A stretch of 54,400 nt of DNA, the filler included, from Dirinaria sp. TL-2023a (taxonomy: Eukaryota), in assembly GCA_051941275.1 (NCBI GenBank). It is 4 parts of 4 records of this genome, joined end to end, with 100 filler letters (N's around TTAATTAATTAA, not from the genome) between each part and the next. Parts side by side here need not be neighbours in the genome. Positions count along the whole stretch, not along the records: positions 13,644 to 27,167 come from JAVEBF010000675.1; positions 27,268 to 40,785 come from JAVEBF010000676.1; 2 more parts are not named here. The stretch is one strand, 5' to 3'. Below the pieces are notes generated by a model, which was not told the DNA's origin, searched no databases, and saw only the letters and a list, made by a program, of their open reading frames with translations. Both the position numbers and the translations under genes were made by a program. Below are positions 23,724 to 35,723 of the stretch, piece by piece. Position 1 is the stretch's first letter, and each line of letters starts with the position of its first letter.

Positions 23724-24227
23724 AATTATCTGATTCGATGCCACCGGTGTGTTCACAACCCCTCGTACATCTATAGACTTTGTTACGTAAAGTAGACATT
23801 GGAAAGCAACATGGGTAAGCGAAGTCAGTACTCGTACGTAGACTGAAGCTTAGAGCAAAGGGATTGGCAACGATCAGGAGCAGCGCTAAAAGCAGCAAAA
23901 GCAGCAGCTTAACACAGGCTCATATGCAATCGCCGACCTCTCGCACGTCACGTGAGTTCAGTTGCTCAGCTACTGCAGAGCCTGCAGTAGCAAACCGCGA
24001 CCCTGCAGACGCCGTGATCACTGTGCCGCGCTGATCCGGGGACTCGATATCATTGGCTTCTCTTGCTTCACGCGTCGATTTAGATAATCAGCTTCAATCT
24101 CTATGGCTCGCTTTGGTATGCACACTGACGGAAGGGTCAGGAAGGCAGGATGCGTTCTCTGCGATGATGATAAGAGGTATTTGCACCTCCATGCTGGACT
24201 CGGTCACATTCCACCTGCCATACAATC

Positions 24228-25820
24228 ATGCTGTCTTTGACACTCATTACGGGTCTCATACTACTGTTGCTGCTGCTCTACAGATATGTGCTAAGCCCTG
24301 CAGTGCTATCTCCTCTAGCCAAAATACCAAATGCGCATTTCTCTGCCCCAATAATTCCCTTCTGGTATTGGTCCATCAAAAGACATGGTAGAGCAGGCAC
24401 ACGTGCAATCTACGCTGTTCATCAGAGTAAAGGCCCCGTCGTGAGACTCGCGCCCGATCATATCAGCGCTTGTACTCCCGGTGCTCTGCGGACAATCTAC
24501 ATTGGTGGTTATGAGAAGCCTACATGGTATCAGGATGCCTTCGTCAACTATGGCAAGACAAACCTGGTCAGCATGCTGGATCGTAGCTCGCATTCGATTC
24601 AAAAACGCATGATCTCCGGTGTGTACTCGAAATCTTATGTACAAAACTCTCCGGACCTGCAGCACGCCGCTACGCATTTGATCTTCCACCGGTTCTTGCC
24701 CATCTTGAACGAGGTGGCCGAAAAAGGATTCGAGATGGATGTTCTAAACTTCTTGCAGGCGGTAGGTATGGACTTTATGACCGCGTATCTCTTCGGTTTG
24801 GACTGTGGTACGGACTTTATGAGAGACGTCAACTACCGCAACTGCTTCCTGCAGGAGTACCAAAAGACCAAATTTCAGTATCCCGAGGAACGTGCTGGTG
24901 GGGTCGTCGAAAAGCTTGCACTGTCAAGGTGCGAGGCAGCTGATGAGTTCATCCAACAGCAGAAAGATAAAATGGAAAAAGCGGCGTCTCAGCCTGTAGT
25001 TTATGGCCGCTTGTCCCAAAGTCTGCGAGAGTCTTCGCATGTAAAATTGAATCCACGGGAGATCATGCTCGCCGCAGCCTCGGAAATGTTGGACCAGATG
25101 ATTGCAGGTCATGAGACGTCAGGAATAACGCTGTCATACCTGATGTACGAGCTTTCAAAGCGACCTCTGCTCCAGGCTCAACTACACACGGAGCTGCTAA
25201 GCCTGGATCCTCCACTTTCCGTGTCGGAGCTCTCAGATTCCAATCCGGACAGCGATAAGAGTCTCCCATCTCCACGCTCCATAGACGCTCTGCCTCTCCT
25301 TGACAGCATTCTCGAAGAGACCCTGCGCCTCTACGCCGCTGCACCAGCCCAACAGGCGCGTGTGACACCGTTCACGCCCGATGGAGTTACCATCGAGGGC
25401 TACAGCCACATTCCAGGCGGCGTCAAGGTCAGCGCCAACGCCTACACGCTCCACAGGAACACTGCGGTGTTCCCGGATCCGGAGGAATGGATCCCAAGGA
25501 GGTGGATAGACGCTACGCCAGGTCACATAGAGGAAATGAAGCGATGGTTTTGGACGTTTTCAAACGGCGGCCGTATGTGTCTAGGGAGCCACTTCGCGAC
25601 TCAAGGTATGTTTTGCTGGCCCGTAGTCGTCAAGGGGCTGTAACTCAGGTTATCATGTTACTGAACACGTGAACGTAATGCAGGGATGAAACTCGTAGCC
25701 GCAACGATATACTCGAATTTCACCACCGAGATCGTGGATGATGAAGGGATGGAACAGACAGATGAGTTCATCTCCGGTCCTGTGGGTGAGAAGCTAGTGC
25801 TCAGATTTAAACGAGTGTAG
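24228..25820 (+). CDS. Cytochrome P450 monooxygenase
   Basis: N-terminal TM anchor, AGHETS I-helix, EETLR, PEEWIPRRW and heme motif FSNGGRMCLG. Intron at 25606-25683. Confidence 0.96.
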
Positions 25821-27123
25821 AGGGTTATACTTTCGACTTTTCTTATTCTTTGTGACCAGGCTGACAAACTATCAATTCCACTCGGATTTTTTTGACTTCT
25901 AGAACCCACAGATATGGCTACAAAGACTTCGAATGACAAGACGTCTACACCGATCTCTATAGTCTGAGAGGTTTGCATTTAGCAGAATGATTAGCACTTA
26001 GCAGAATATGATCAAAATTTTTGAACATCACGGCTGAGTAGTAAGGCTTGAGGGAGTATCATTTCCCTACAAAGAAAACATGTTTCATGTTTGTATTCGT
26101 CGTCCTCCTCCAACAGCTCTTTTCTTAGGTCTCTCACACAGATTCCTGCTTTCTGAATTGCGTTGCATAGAGAGACACAGAAGCGACGACGACACAGCAT
26201 CTGAAAGAGGAAATGAGAATGCAGTCCCTTGAAGGCCATTCGGCTCTGTCTGCACCGTTTCATCCATATCCTATGTTTGTTTCAACCAAACCATATCACA
26301 CCACACTACATTTTAAAAAACCTAGCCTCCAGTCGCTCATAGTAGAGATGTGTGTGCAAGAATCTATGCGGCAGATAGCTCGCGGTGATACCTCCTGAAA
26401 AAACAACAGAATTGCATCGCAAAAATCAAACCCGGCAACTATTTAGAAGTGCACAGCGAGGGACGATGGACAAGGGCTCTTAGCGCTACGAATGAGATAA
26501 AAGATCAAGAATTCGGTTTGGGGTCTCCTCGAGTAAATCGATATTGAGTGTCTGATTGGTGCTGGGAACGGTATCTAGAGAGCTCGCTCGTTAATACTCC
26601 GTGCATAAAACCTCACCAAAGCTGCCCGTTCGATCTAAGGCAAAGCAAAATCTTCAATCATACCTTGCCATCGCGTCCAGCTGTCCCCTTTCTTGAAGTA
26701 TAGCATCAATGCATATCGAGATTTGAGCTATTCACCCATATGATTCGCTTCTCTGATCTGAGCCGGAGATGGGATCAGATTGCTAGGGGGGAAGGCGTTG
26801 AAGGATAACACAAGGGCATGGGGTTAGGGGTATATGATATGATGGCTTGTCGAGAGAAAAAGGTGGAGGTTTGAGAGGGTGAAGCGCGACTAGGGAGAAG
26901 TATTGAAGCACTATTTTGATAAAATTGGCAACTGGGTTGGAAACTATGGAGGTGTGGGTGGTTTAAATACAAACGAGGCTTGGCAGGGCTCTGAGTGTTA
27001 TATGCGCGCCAACAAGAAGAGTAGTGGATGTCACATTCTCAAATCCGGATGTGGAGGGAAAAAGGTGGGAATAAATTCGGCAACGGGAATTGCTAGAGAG
27101 GGGAAAAAGAGAAGACGCGGCAA

Positions 27124-27124
<1 letters not shown>

Positions 27125-27157
<33 letters not shown>
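27125..27157 (+). repeat. Poly(A) tract of about 33 nt at the contig end
   Basis: Homopolymer visible directly in the sequence. Confidence 0.9.
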
Positions 27158-27160
<3 letters not shown>

Positions 27161-27167
27161 AGGAGAA

Positions 27168-27267
27168 NNNNNNNNNNNNNNNNNNNNNNNNNNNNNNNNN
27201 NNNNNNNNNNNTTAATTAATTAANNNNNNNNNNNNNNNNNNNNNNNNNNNNNNNNNNNNNNNNNNNN
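27168..27267. other. Artificial contig spacer
   Basis: 44 N + TTAATTAATTAA + 44 N. Confidence 0.99.
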
Positions 27268-27313
27268 CCCCTCCCCCCCACATCTCCCCCAAAATTTCTT
27301 TATTAAATAAAAT

Positions 27314-30130
27314 CTACAACCCAACCTCCAGCACCGTGATCGAAAACGGCGGAACCCCCCACTCAAAAACATTGCCAGTCTGTTTCGTCTCCGACTGAGA
27401 AAAAACAACCGGCACCGGCACGACGGCGGTGGCGTTGGAACGGTAATTGAAGACGTTGACATCCGGGTTGGTCTAGCGTGTTGGGGGGCTCGGGATTAGT
27501 ATATTTGGAAGCGGAAAACCGGGAAAGGAAAGGAAGGAAGGAAAGGAAAGGAAAGGAAAGGAAAGGAAAGGAAAGGAAAGGAAAGGAAAGGAAAGGAAAG
27601 GAAAGGAAAGGAAAGGAAAGGAAAGGAAAGGAAAGGAAAGGGAAGCGTACCAGGATCGTGACATTGACGGATTTATACTCGGTGTCGAACTCCAAAGTTA
27701 ATGGCACGGTGGCATTGCCGGCGTTGACGACCTGAGTTAAGGAAGGGGAGGATTTAGTAAGGCTGAGATTAGGCGGGCCCGGTTGAAAGGGGAAAAAAAA
27801 GGGGCGTTACCTTGAAATAAACAACATTCGTCCCCTCATCGAGAGTCGCGACCCAGTACAACGGATTGAATCCCCCCCGCACATTCTCCGTCGGCAGCGT
27901 CTGCGAGCCCCGATACCGCGCCAGCAGACTCTGCGCGTACCAGCTGAGCGTCAGCACCGTTTCCCTCGGATCCGCCGTGAAGCCCAGCAGGTCCGGCGTC
28001 CAGTTGAACCAATTGAAGTTCTGGAAGCTGGGCGCGTAGGACGACATCTTGACCACGTTGGGGTTGCGCTCCGCGCCGATCAGGTAGACGGCTTCCGCGA
28101 CGGCGGAGAGGAGTTGCGGATACGCGATGTGCGCCGGGTAAGTGTCCGTGAAGTTGACGATCCCCGAAGGGGTGTCCCGCTGGATGACGGAGTATTCCCC
28201 GATGAAGACGGTGACGTTTTCATTGCCCGTGCTCTCCTGCCAGTTGTCGAAGAAATTGAAATTCTCGAGGAAGAAGGTGGGTTCTTCGTAGTGATGCAGG
28301 TCCCAGGTGTTGCCCGCGGGGATGCTGATGTTGTAGTCCTCGTTCTCGTTGTAGGCGGTCGAAATATAGGTGATGTTCGGGTACTTGGCTTTGAGTCCGT
28401 TGTACATGTACGGGAACCGGTAATTGTATGTACTCGAGAAGAAATCCTCGTTACCGATCTCGACGTAGTGGATCGGGAAAGGCTCTGGGTGACCATGCGC
28501 GGCTCTCAGTGCCCCGTACGTGGTGTTCAAGTCTCCCATGCAGTACTCCAGCTCGTCCAGCGCTGACTGTAAGACTTCGCCCATGTCTTCTTCAGGATAC
28601 GAAACGCCTTCAGCACCGTTGATGGCAAGGCTGTAGCCTGCGTAGACAGCTAGTACGCGTTCAATCTCCATGTCTTCAGTCCACTCAAGGTATTCCAAAA
28701 GCCCAAGGCCGTCGGTATTATAGTACTCCCAGGTCCCTGGTCGGCCAGGTCGTTCAGTTAAGGGCCCAATCGTTTCGTTCCATTTCCATCTCTCCGCAAT
28801 AGAATAACCTTCGAGGTTGTTGCCTCCCTAATATTAGGCTCAGCCTTGATCGATCCTTCGGAATATCCATGCAATCTTCTGCAATAACTCACCGGGAATC
28901 GAAGGAATGCCGGGTTGAGATCTTTGATGTGCTGGGCTAGGTCTGCTCTAAGCCCATTGGTACGGTTCTAAATAACTATCAACCGCGACTCTTTCGAGAT
29001 AGTCGGGCAAGGTAGATACGCAGGCACCACCCACCTTATAAGTGGCGCCAAATAGACTAATCAAATCGAAGTAGAAAGTCGTGCCCGCAACCTCAGACGC
29101 ATTCATCGTAACAGCAAATGTGTTATTGCTATTCGGCGCACTGACAGAAGGTATTAACCGGGCCTGAGGTTTTCAATCAGCCGGATCTAAATGCAAGAGA
29201 CTCCAATTGAGATTTACAGAGAGCTGTGTGTAGTCAAAAGCGAACAAATTCTGCACAGGGATCCTCGCAGAGGCCCAAACATCAGAAGTCAGGTTAGAAC
29301 GCAGTGACACGTTGAAGCCAGTGAGATTCATTGATTCTGCAGGGCTGTTGGAGAGAACATAGAAGGCTTCGCTGATCAGCCACACTCTCCTTTGGCAGAC
29401 GTCTAGCTTCCCCCTTTGGCTTACAGGAATTGTAGGCAACCCCGGCTTCCACATTCATTCCCCACCATCCTTCGTTCAAGAACCCGACCTCGCCAGTAGC
29501 GTTCTCTAGAATATCGATTTGCATAACGGTGGGCAGCGCATCAGAAAGTGGATGTAGTCGATCGAGCGATACTCTCACATCGCCAATGGGTCGGTATCCT
29601 GTCAACACAGGGCCAAAGGGTTCTACTGGGTTCTCAGACGAAATAATGGTGTTTTGAGGAATCCCATCCAATGAGCCGATCGTGACAGCAGAGCCTGGTG
29701 TGATCAGCGCGGGCCATTTTGAAGACACCGGAAAACTCACCCTGAAAGGCGCGGTTCACTAGTAGTTCACCATAAAGACCACCGTCCCCACTATGCTTGA
29801 AGATTGTCAGCGTGCTTACAGGGTTCCGCTTCATGAACCATACGTTGATGTCCTCGAACATCCAGCCATACAGCAAAGGAGCTTAGCTCTATCAGCCGAT
29901 AACCCTCTCCACTTGGATACAGAAAACGCACCGGTGCTATTCCGCCCGTCACCCTGCGTCGAGATCTTCAGGGAGACAGGGTCTGAAGTGTTCTGACCAG
30001 ATCCATTGTAGAACTTCTGCTGAGGATCTGGGAACTGTCGAGGTTGGAGGAGTGGGAGGTTTCGCGACTGGGCGCCCCAGAACAAGGCACTGGAGCATGC
30101 CAAAATCACTGGATAAGAGGTCAACATCAT
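27314..30130 (-). CDS. abfA: Secreted alpha-L-arabinofuranosidase (GH51), multi-exon
   Basis: Signal peptide, [44 protein letters not shown] (acid/base), YVEIGNEDF, FIGEY (nucleophile) and GAERNP..SSYAP. The last exon reads TNPDVNVFNY...PPFSITVLEVGL*. Confidence 0.92.
27522..27640. repeat. (GGAAA)n pentanucleotide microsatellite, about 23 units, in the last GH51 intron (27473-27650)
   Basis: Tandem repeat visible directly in the sequence. Confidence 0.97.
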
Positions 30131-30746
30131 AGCAAACCAAGGCAGAGTGATACTGACCAGTAGAAACTGCGCGCTCCTCTTGTTTATATAGCTCTCACTC
30201 TACGCCTCTCTCGTCCAGCGAGCAAGATTTTGTAGACGCTTCCTGATGCGGTCTCCGTTCACTCTGCCTAATATGAGCTTCTAGCGTGTCGAGCACCTGC
30301 CCAAATTGGCCTGGCTCCCGCTTAGCCTTCTGTCAGGGCCAAAGTCGGCCTGGCTAAATCGCCTCATGATGTGCTTCCACTGCACATCAGGGCGGGGAAT
30401 GATGCAAGCGGAGTCTTGAAAATCAATGCGGGGAAAAGAGGAGGGGGATGAGAGATCGAATCTCGGCATTTGAGCTCCAGTCTTGCTAAATCTTCCGGCA
30501 CCCTAGAAACCAGACATTATTTTATGCATAAATTTGCAAAAAGGTGGAGATACTGCCTTCGCAGATGGGAAGCAGAATGTAAGCACGGGAGGAAAGAGAG
30601 ACACAAGAAATGCACCGCTAGCCCAGAAATGCGATATGCAAGCAACAATTTCGAACTGTAGCACCATTGGAGAGCTCAAACACAATTCTGAGAGGATGAG
30701 AAGGAAGAGCGGAGTGGATGGTTATCACTTCGTCCAGCCTACCACT

Positions 30747-32516
30747 TTATGGCTCCTCCACCCAACCTACCGCTTCGCCGTATCTAATTTTTTGACCCTT
30801 CTCCACACCCCACTGCCATCCACCTTTTCTGGCTCCTCCTTCCCAGCCTTCGTCAAAACTTTTGCGATCACCTTTAGGCGCTTCGAAGACCATGACGATA
30901 GAGCTGCCTAACTGGAAACCTCCCATTTCTTCGCCTCTTCGCAAAGCGTGCCCGCCAAGTAGCTTGCTGGCCTCCGCATAAGTAGCCTCAGAGAAACCGG
31001 AGTATGGCTCGCCTCGATCGGCGGCTTCCTCGGCGGCACGGTCAGCTGCAGTATCCGTGGTGAGACTGTTTGTGCGCAGCTCGCGATCGAAGTTGATCTT
31101 GATGGAGCCCACATTTGTCGCCCCAACCGGCGTAAAGCTGAAGAAACCCCAGCGCCACCGGCCGAGTAGCACCACTCGCTCGTTCAGGGTGAAAAGTCCG
31201 GGTAGAGTCCTTTGTAGATATGGCGACACGCTGTATAGTTCCCCTGCGAAATGGCGACGCTTTTCAGCAACCCAGGATGTTGGAGAATGGAAACGGTGGT
31301 AATCGCCAGGGGCCAGATACACCACAATATAGTAGAGAGCTGTCGGGCTTTTTTCTGTAGGCAAACTGAACCATGGCCGGCTCTTGCCTTCGCTCAACGC
31401 TAGGTCAGCACGTACTTCGGCTTCAGACAAGGCTTTCGGTGTTGTAGATGCATCCATTGCCGGGGAGCCTTCCTGGTTTTTTGGCCCAGAAAACAAATTT
31501 GGTAAGGTATATGAAATGCCGTTCAATGAAGCAAATTCTTCATCTGCCCTGATATTTTCCTCTTCACCTATACTCGGAGCACTACGCTTCACTGTCCCTT
31601 TTTCATCCGTGGCAGGGCCGTTGTCAGGGGCACTATCATGAGATTGGCCTGTTTTTTCACTCCCCAAGAGTGCTTCAAGTGTATATGTCATGCCTTTGAC
31701 CTGTTCCACCTCACCATGCTCGATCATGCCCATCTGAAGCACGCGACCGTCCGCTGGCGACAATAATGCTGTAGCGCGAGGATCGATAGGACGTATACCA
31801 GGTTTAAGCGTGCGGTAAAAGAAGGACGCCAGATTAGGATATGTATGGAGATCGGGCTCGGACACTTCAGAGAGGCTGGAAACATATTAGCTAGCGAAGC
31901 TTTCTCCATTTGCAGAGACTTACTTTACCCCAAATACCCAAGAATATAATTTGAAGCCCGGCACTCGTAAAAAATACGGAATCTCTAGCTCGTTGAAGCG
32001 GCCCCATATCCGCGACACGCCTTTCAAAGGCAGGGTTGACATGACCTGAACCTGCCTGTAAAATTTGTTAGGTCGTTGTCTACCGGAATGGTCTCGGAGA
32101 GTCTACCATGGACCACTGGGCCGTATGCGTTTCCTCTTTTTGGGTTTGCCCTTCGAGTCTCCGTCTTTGTCGTGCTCTTCTGCAAGCCTCGTTTCTTCCT
32201 CTTCTTCTAATCTTTTCTTCTCTCGCCGCTGGACCCTGTAGAACTGTACACCACCCAGAAACCCAATGCCTAGTGCCACCGGTATCGGTCTCCATTCGAT
32301 TCGAGTCTTCTTTAATGCAGTACGCAAACGCGTCCTGAAAGGGCCGCTATTTGGAGTGTCCTGATTCTGCCGTGCAGAAGCCGCAAATCTGCGCGCCGAG
32401 GTTCGAGTGAACTGACAAAAAATGCACCTGTTAGTCGGGTTATTCAACAGCATGCTGTCCTGCGGCAAATGGACTCTCCGCGCCCAAAGAGCGCCCGCAG
32501 ACTTCAAGGTTGCCAT
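30747..32516 (-). CDS. PSD1: Mitochondrial phosphatidylserine decarboxylase 1
   Basis: Presequence plus TM (WRPIPVALGIG), STLPLK, SPADG, YLAPGDYHRFHSP, VGATNVGSI and the autocleavage motif FQLGSS. Two introns near 31876-31923 and 32057-32105. Confidence 0.95.
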
Positions 32517-32819
32517 GATGTCCTGTCAGAGGGCAAAGTTGCCGAATAATGATAGGCTAAGGTAAGGTAGATGAAGTTGGATTTTGCCAGGGTTAAGCGC
32601 TACGCTGGTCTCTAAGAGTGTGATATCACATGTAGTGCAACAAAAAGGCAAAATCTACGGCTTCCACGGTTGGGCGAATTGGTGGCTACGTATAAATTCG
32701 AATGCTCCTCATTCGATGGTAACCAATTACTATTTAAATTTCTTATTGTGAGCTGAGTTTTCCTCGGTAAAACCACGACAGTGACCCAAGGCTTTTGCTA
32801 TGCAGTCTATAATTCTTCT

Positions 32820-33662
32820 TCATGCTTCACCATCACGGCAATCCACGCCTTCGCTCACTACCCTCTCAATTGCCACCTCTACAGCTTCATCCCCTTCTAA
32901 GCAATCCACCCATCCGCCCTTCCCTTCGCTAGCTAGCAGCGCGACCGCCAACTCCGCAACCTTGCCTCTTCCAATCTTACCTCTAGCTTCAATCTTCCCA
33001 ACTTTCACTCCTCCCGCATTCTCGTCGCTCAATGATCCCGGTCTAAGGCACCATCCAACCCAAGCCTCCCCTCTTTCCTTGGCTACAGCCGCGAGTGCTT
33101 CGTCGGCAGCGAGTTTTGCGATGTGGTAGTCTTTCAGAGCGCCATTATTGATTTCCTGTGTAGACGCCCAGTCTTGGTCCGTCCACCATGGAGCGCGAGA
33201 ACGGCGGGAGCCGATGTAGGAAACTAGAAGAAATTTTGTGACGCTAGGGGTGGAAGCAGCTGCGTTTATAAAATGGATGCACGCGTCGCGGTCGATGGTG
33301 TAGGTGCGGGATTTGGGAGGTTTACCACCGGCGCCTGGCAGGATTGAAATCAGCTGTTTAGTGGCTGATTTGACAGCAGTGTAATAGTGTCAGAGCAGGG
33401 GTGTACCAGCAGAGAAGACAACGTAATCGGGCTTTGTCTCATCGATGACTGCTTGCGCGTCGGTCTGGGAGTTAACCTTTTCGAGATCATGGATCTTGAT
33501 GCTAAGGTCTGAAGCGCGAGAACCAGCTGCGGACAAGAGATCGGGTGTGTGTGCTGCGGAACGGATGGTAGACGTTACGGTCCAGGATTTTTGGAGCAGC
33601 AGAGGAGTGAGATGAAGAGAAACCTTGCCATGGCCGCCGAGAAGCAGCACGTGCGGGGCCAT
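32820..33662 (-). CDS. NAD(P)H-binding atypical SDR/epimerase-like protein (YMR090W-like)
   Basis: VLLLGGHGKV Rossmann motif, VVFSAG|AGGK across an intron at 33335-33406, then YHIAKLAADE and LRPGSL. Confidence 0.88.
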
Positions 33663-34091
33663 TGTCGGACGGAACTTTGCACTGAAGTAAGCTAATGGGG
33701 GATTGGGGCTAGTTGTGCAATGCAAAGTAGATGGAGAGTCGAGAAAAGAAAAGCATTGGAGTGCTAGGAAAAATGAAGCCTTCCCATACCCCGCGTACCT
33801 TACCCTCGGTATGACGTGCTTCTGAGTAAAGGTCGATTCGACAGTTAAAAAAAAAAAAAAAAAGTAGTCGAAGATACAGAACCGCCCAGCGCTGTTAGAT
33901 AAGTTGGCGGTATACCTAAGCGAGTGGTTGCGCTCAGTATTTAACGTCATCCAACGAGCACGAAGCGATACTGGCCTTCTGTGATATACCTCCATCGGTG
34001 TTTTAGTATCCATCTCAGAAGAGCCCACGATGCAATTTGCAATCTGGAGCGTTCATTTCTTACTTACAAGATTATACTGTACTACCGCGAA

Positions 34092-35224
34092 TTAGACAGC
34101 ACTGTACCCTCCTCTGGATCCACCGCCTTGCACCGTACTCACTACTCTACGCATCCAATCTTTGAAGATGTAGGGAATGTCGCGTAGCGTTTCTGAGTGC
34201 GGGACAAGATCCCAGCCCCGAGCCGAGTATCGGTTGTAGTTCAGCCATGAGCCGAAGACAAGGTAGGCGGCTATGGCGAGGAAGATGCTGCGACTCGTCA
34301 GTACGCCTTCAATCCGGAATGCCACACTCTAGGATCTTCTGAATGCATCCCCACAGCGAACTTACATGATGATGAACCATGTGAAAAACCCCCAATGACC
34401 CCCTGCTTTTCCGCCGTCGCCCTTCGCATTTTCGCACGCGTACTTCGTCTGCCACTCCAGACTCAGTACTTTGTTCTCACCCACATATCCGTAGTCCAGG
34501 AATCTCAATTTTCCCCCTTCCCCATCATCTGTCTCCTGTGCCGCTTTATTCCTTTCGTCCCCCTCGTCTTCCTTATCTATTCCCGACGCTAATCTCCGTT
34601 TTTCCTCGGTGGCCTCGTTGCACAAGAATTCTATTACTGCTTTTTGGGGCCACACCTTCCCATCGTCTTCCGTATATTTCCCGCCACCCATCTCAAGTCG
34701 TAGACCCTCCTTCCCGCGGTCGTCGGGGGCGGAAGAGGTCTTTAGCCTTGTCCATTTGGGATCAAGTGAGCCACCGATGGTATGATAATACTCTCCAGCT
34801 ATTGGTATTACACCTTCTGTTATGTTGCCTTCGTCTGGGCTAATTAGCTTCTCGATACCGCAGACTATCATGCATCATGCGTGATTAGCTTCTCTTCGAG
34901 ACGGCGGTAACCTGTTCACATCCGGGATGGTCTACCAGAGACAGCAGATCACAACGTACCCTTAGAACCGCCCGGGCAATCCTCATCTTTTGGTCCTACT
35001 TTCTTCAGAGTGTTGCAGAGATCTAAGGTGAATGTAGTCTCAATATATGCTGGGGGGTGATCTCGGGTCCAGATCACAGATTTCGGGCCACCCAAGGGCG
35101 TAAGGTCCCATGACTGGTGGTCTACACGTACATGGTCGCAATTAATTGTTATTGCTGCCGAGAGAGATGGGAGAAGTAGAATGGGACAGGATAAAGAAAG
35201 CCGAGGATGCCATGATAATCGCAT
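34092..35224 (-). CDS. ATG27: Autophagy-related protein 27
   Basis: Signal peptide, MRH-like domain, WQTKYACE, GHWGFFTWFIIIIFL TM, RYSARGWDLVPH and C-terminal SRGGYSAV. Two introns. Confidence 0.94.
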
Positions 35225-35723
35225 GGTGAAGGTAGTGTAAGAGGTAGGGAGGGAGAAATGGTAGGTAGCTTTCCAATAAAAAGAGATTCCGAAGCGACAA
35301 CGCTTATGTGGGGTTCAAGGAGCAAGAAAGGATGGTCATGGAGCTGGGTGTTGATTGTAGTTACAAGCTTGCTGGCCGCTACTCTAAGGGACAAGAAGTT
35401 GTTCTTTTCCAGCCTGCTGACATAAGCGGCTTGGCATCGGCCTCACGATCCATTGGAGCAGAGAGGAGCATTCATCATCCAAGTAAAGAACAGGAGCCCA
35501 CTTAGGACTCTCAAAAATTTGCAAGCAATGATGAGATAGAGTTGTGGCAGATCAGTAAGGTAGCTTTCTTCTGGTTCAGAACCAGAGTATTATGTTGAAT
35601 AAAACACTACCTGGCCCAGGGATGTTGAATCCTCAAAGCCATGACAACTTCTGTTGCTTTGCGGCGAGACTTAATGCAGAATCGAATATAGCAATACCTC
35701 CAAAGAATAGGAGGCGTCGGCGC

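Noticed and set aside
26903..27223. ORF ending in poly-Lys
   Set aside because: It results from the poly(A) tract running into the N spacer.
27363..27735. ORFs encoding (FPFLS)n or (KGKER)n repeat proteins
   Set aside because: They are translations of the intronic GGAAA microsatellite.
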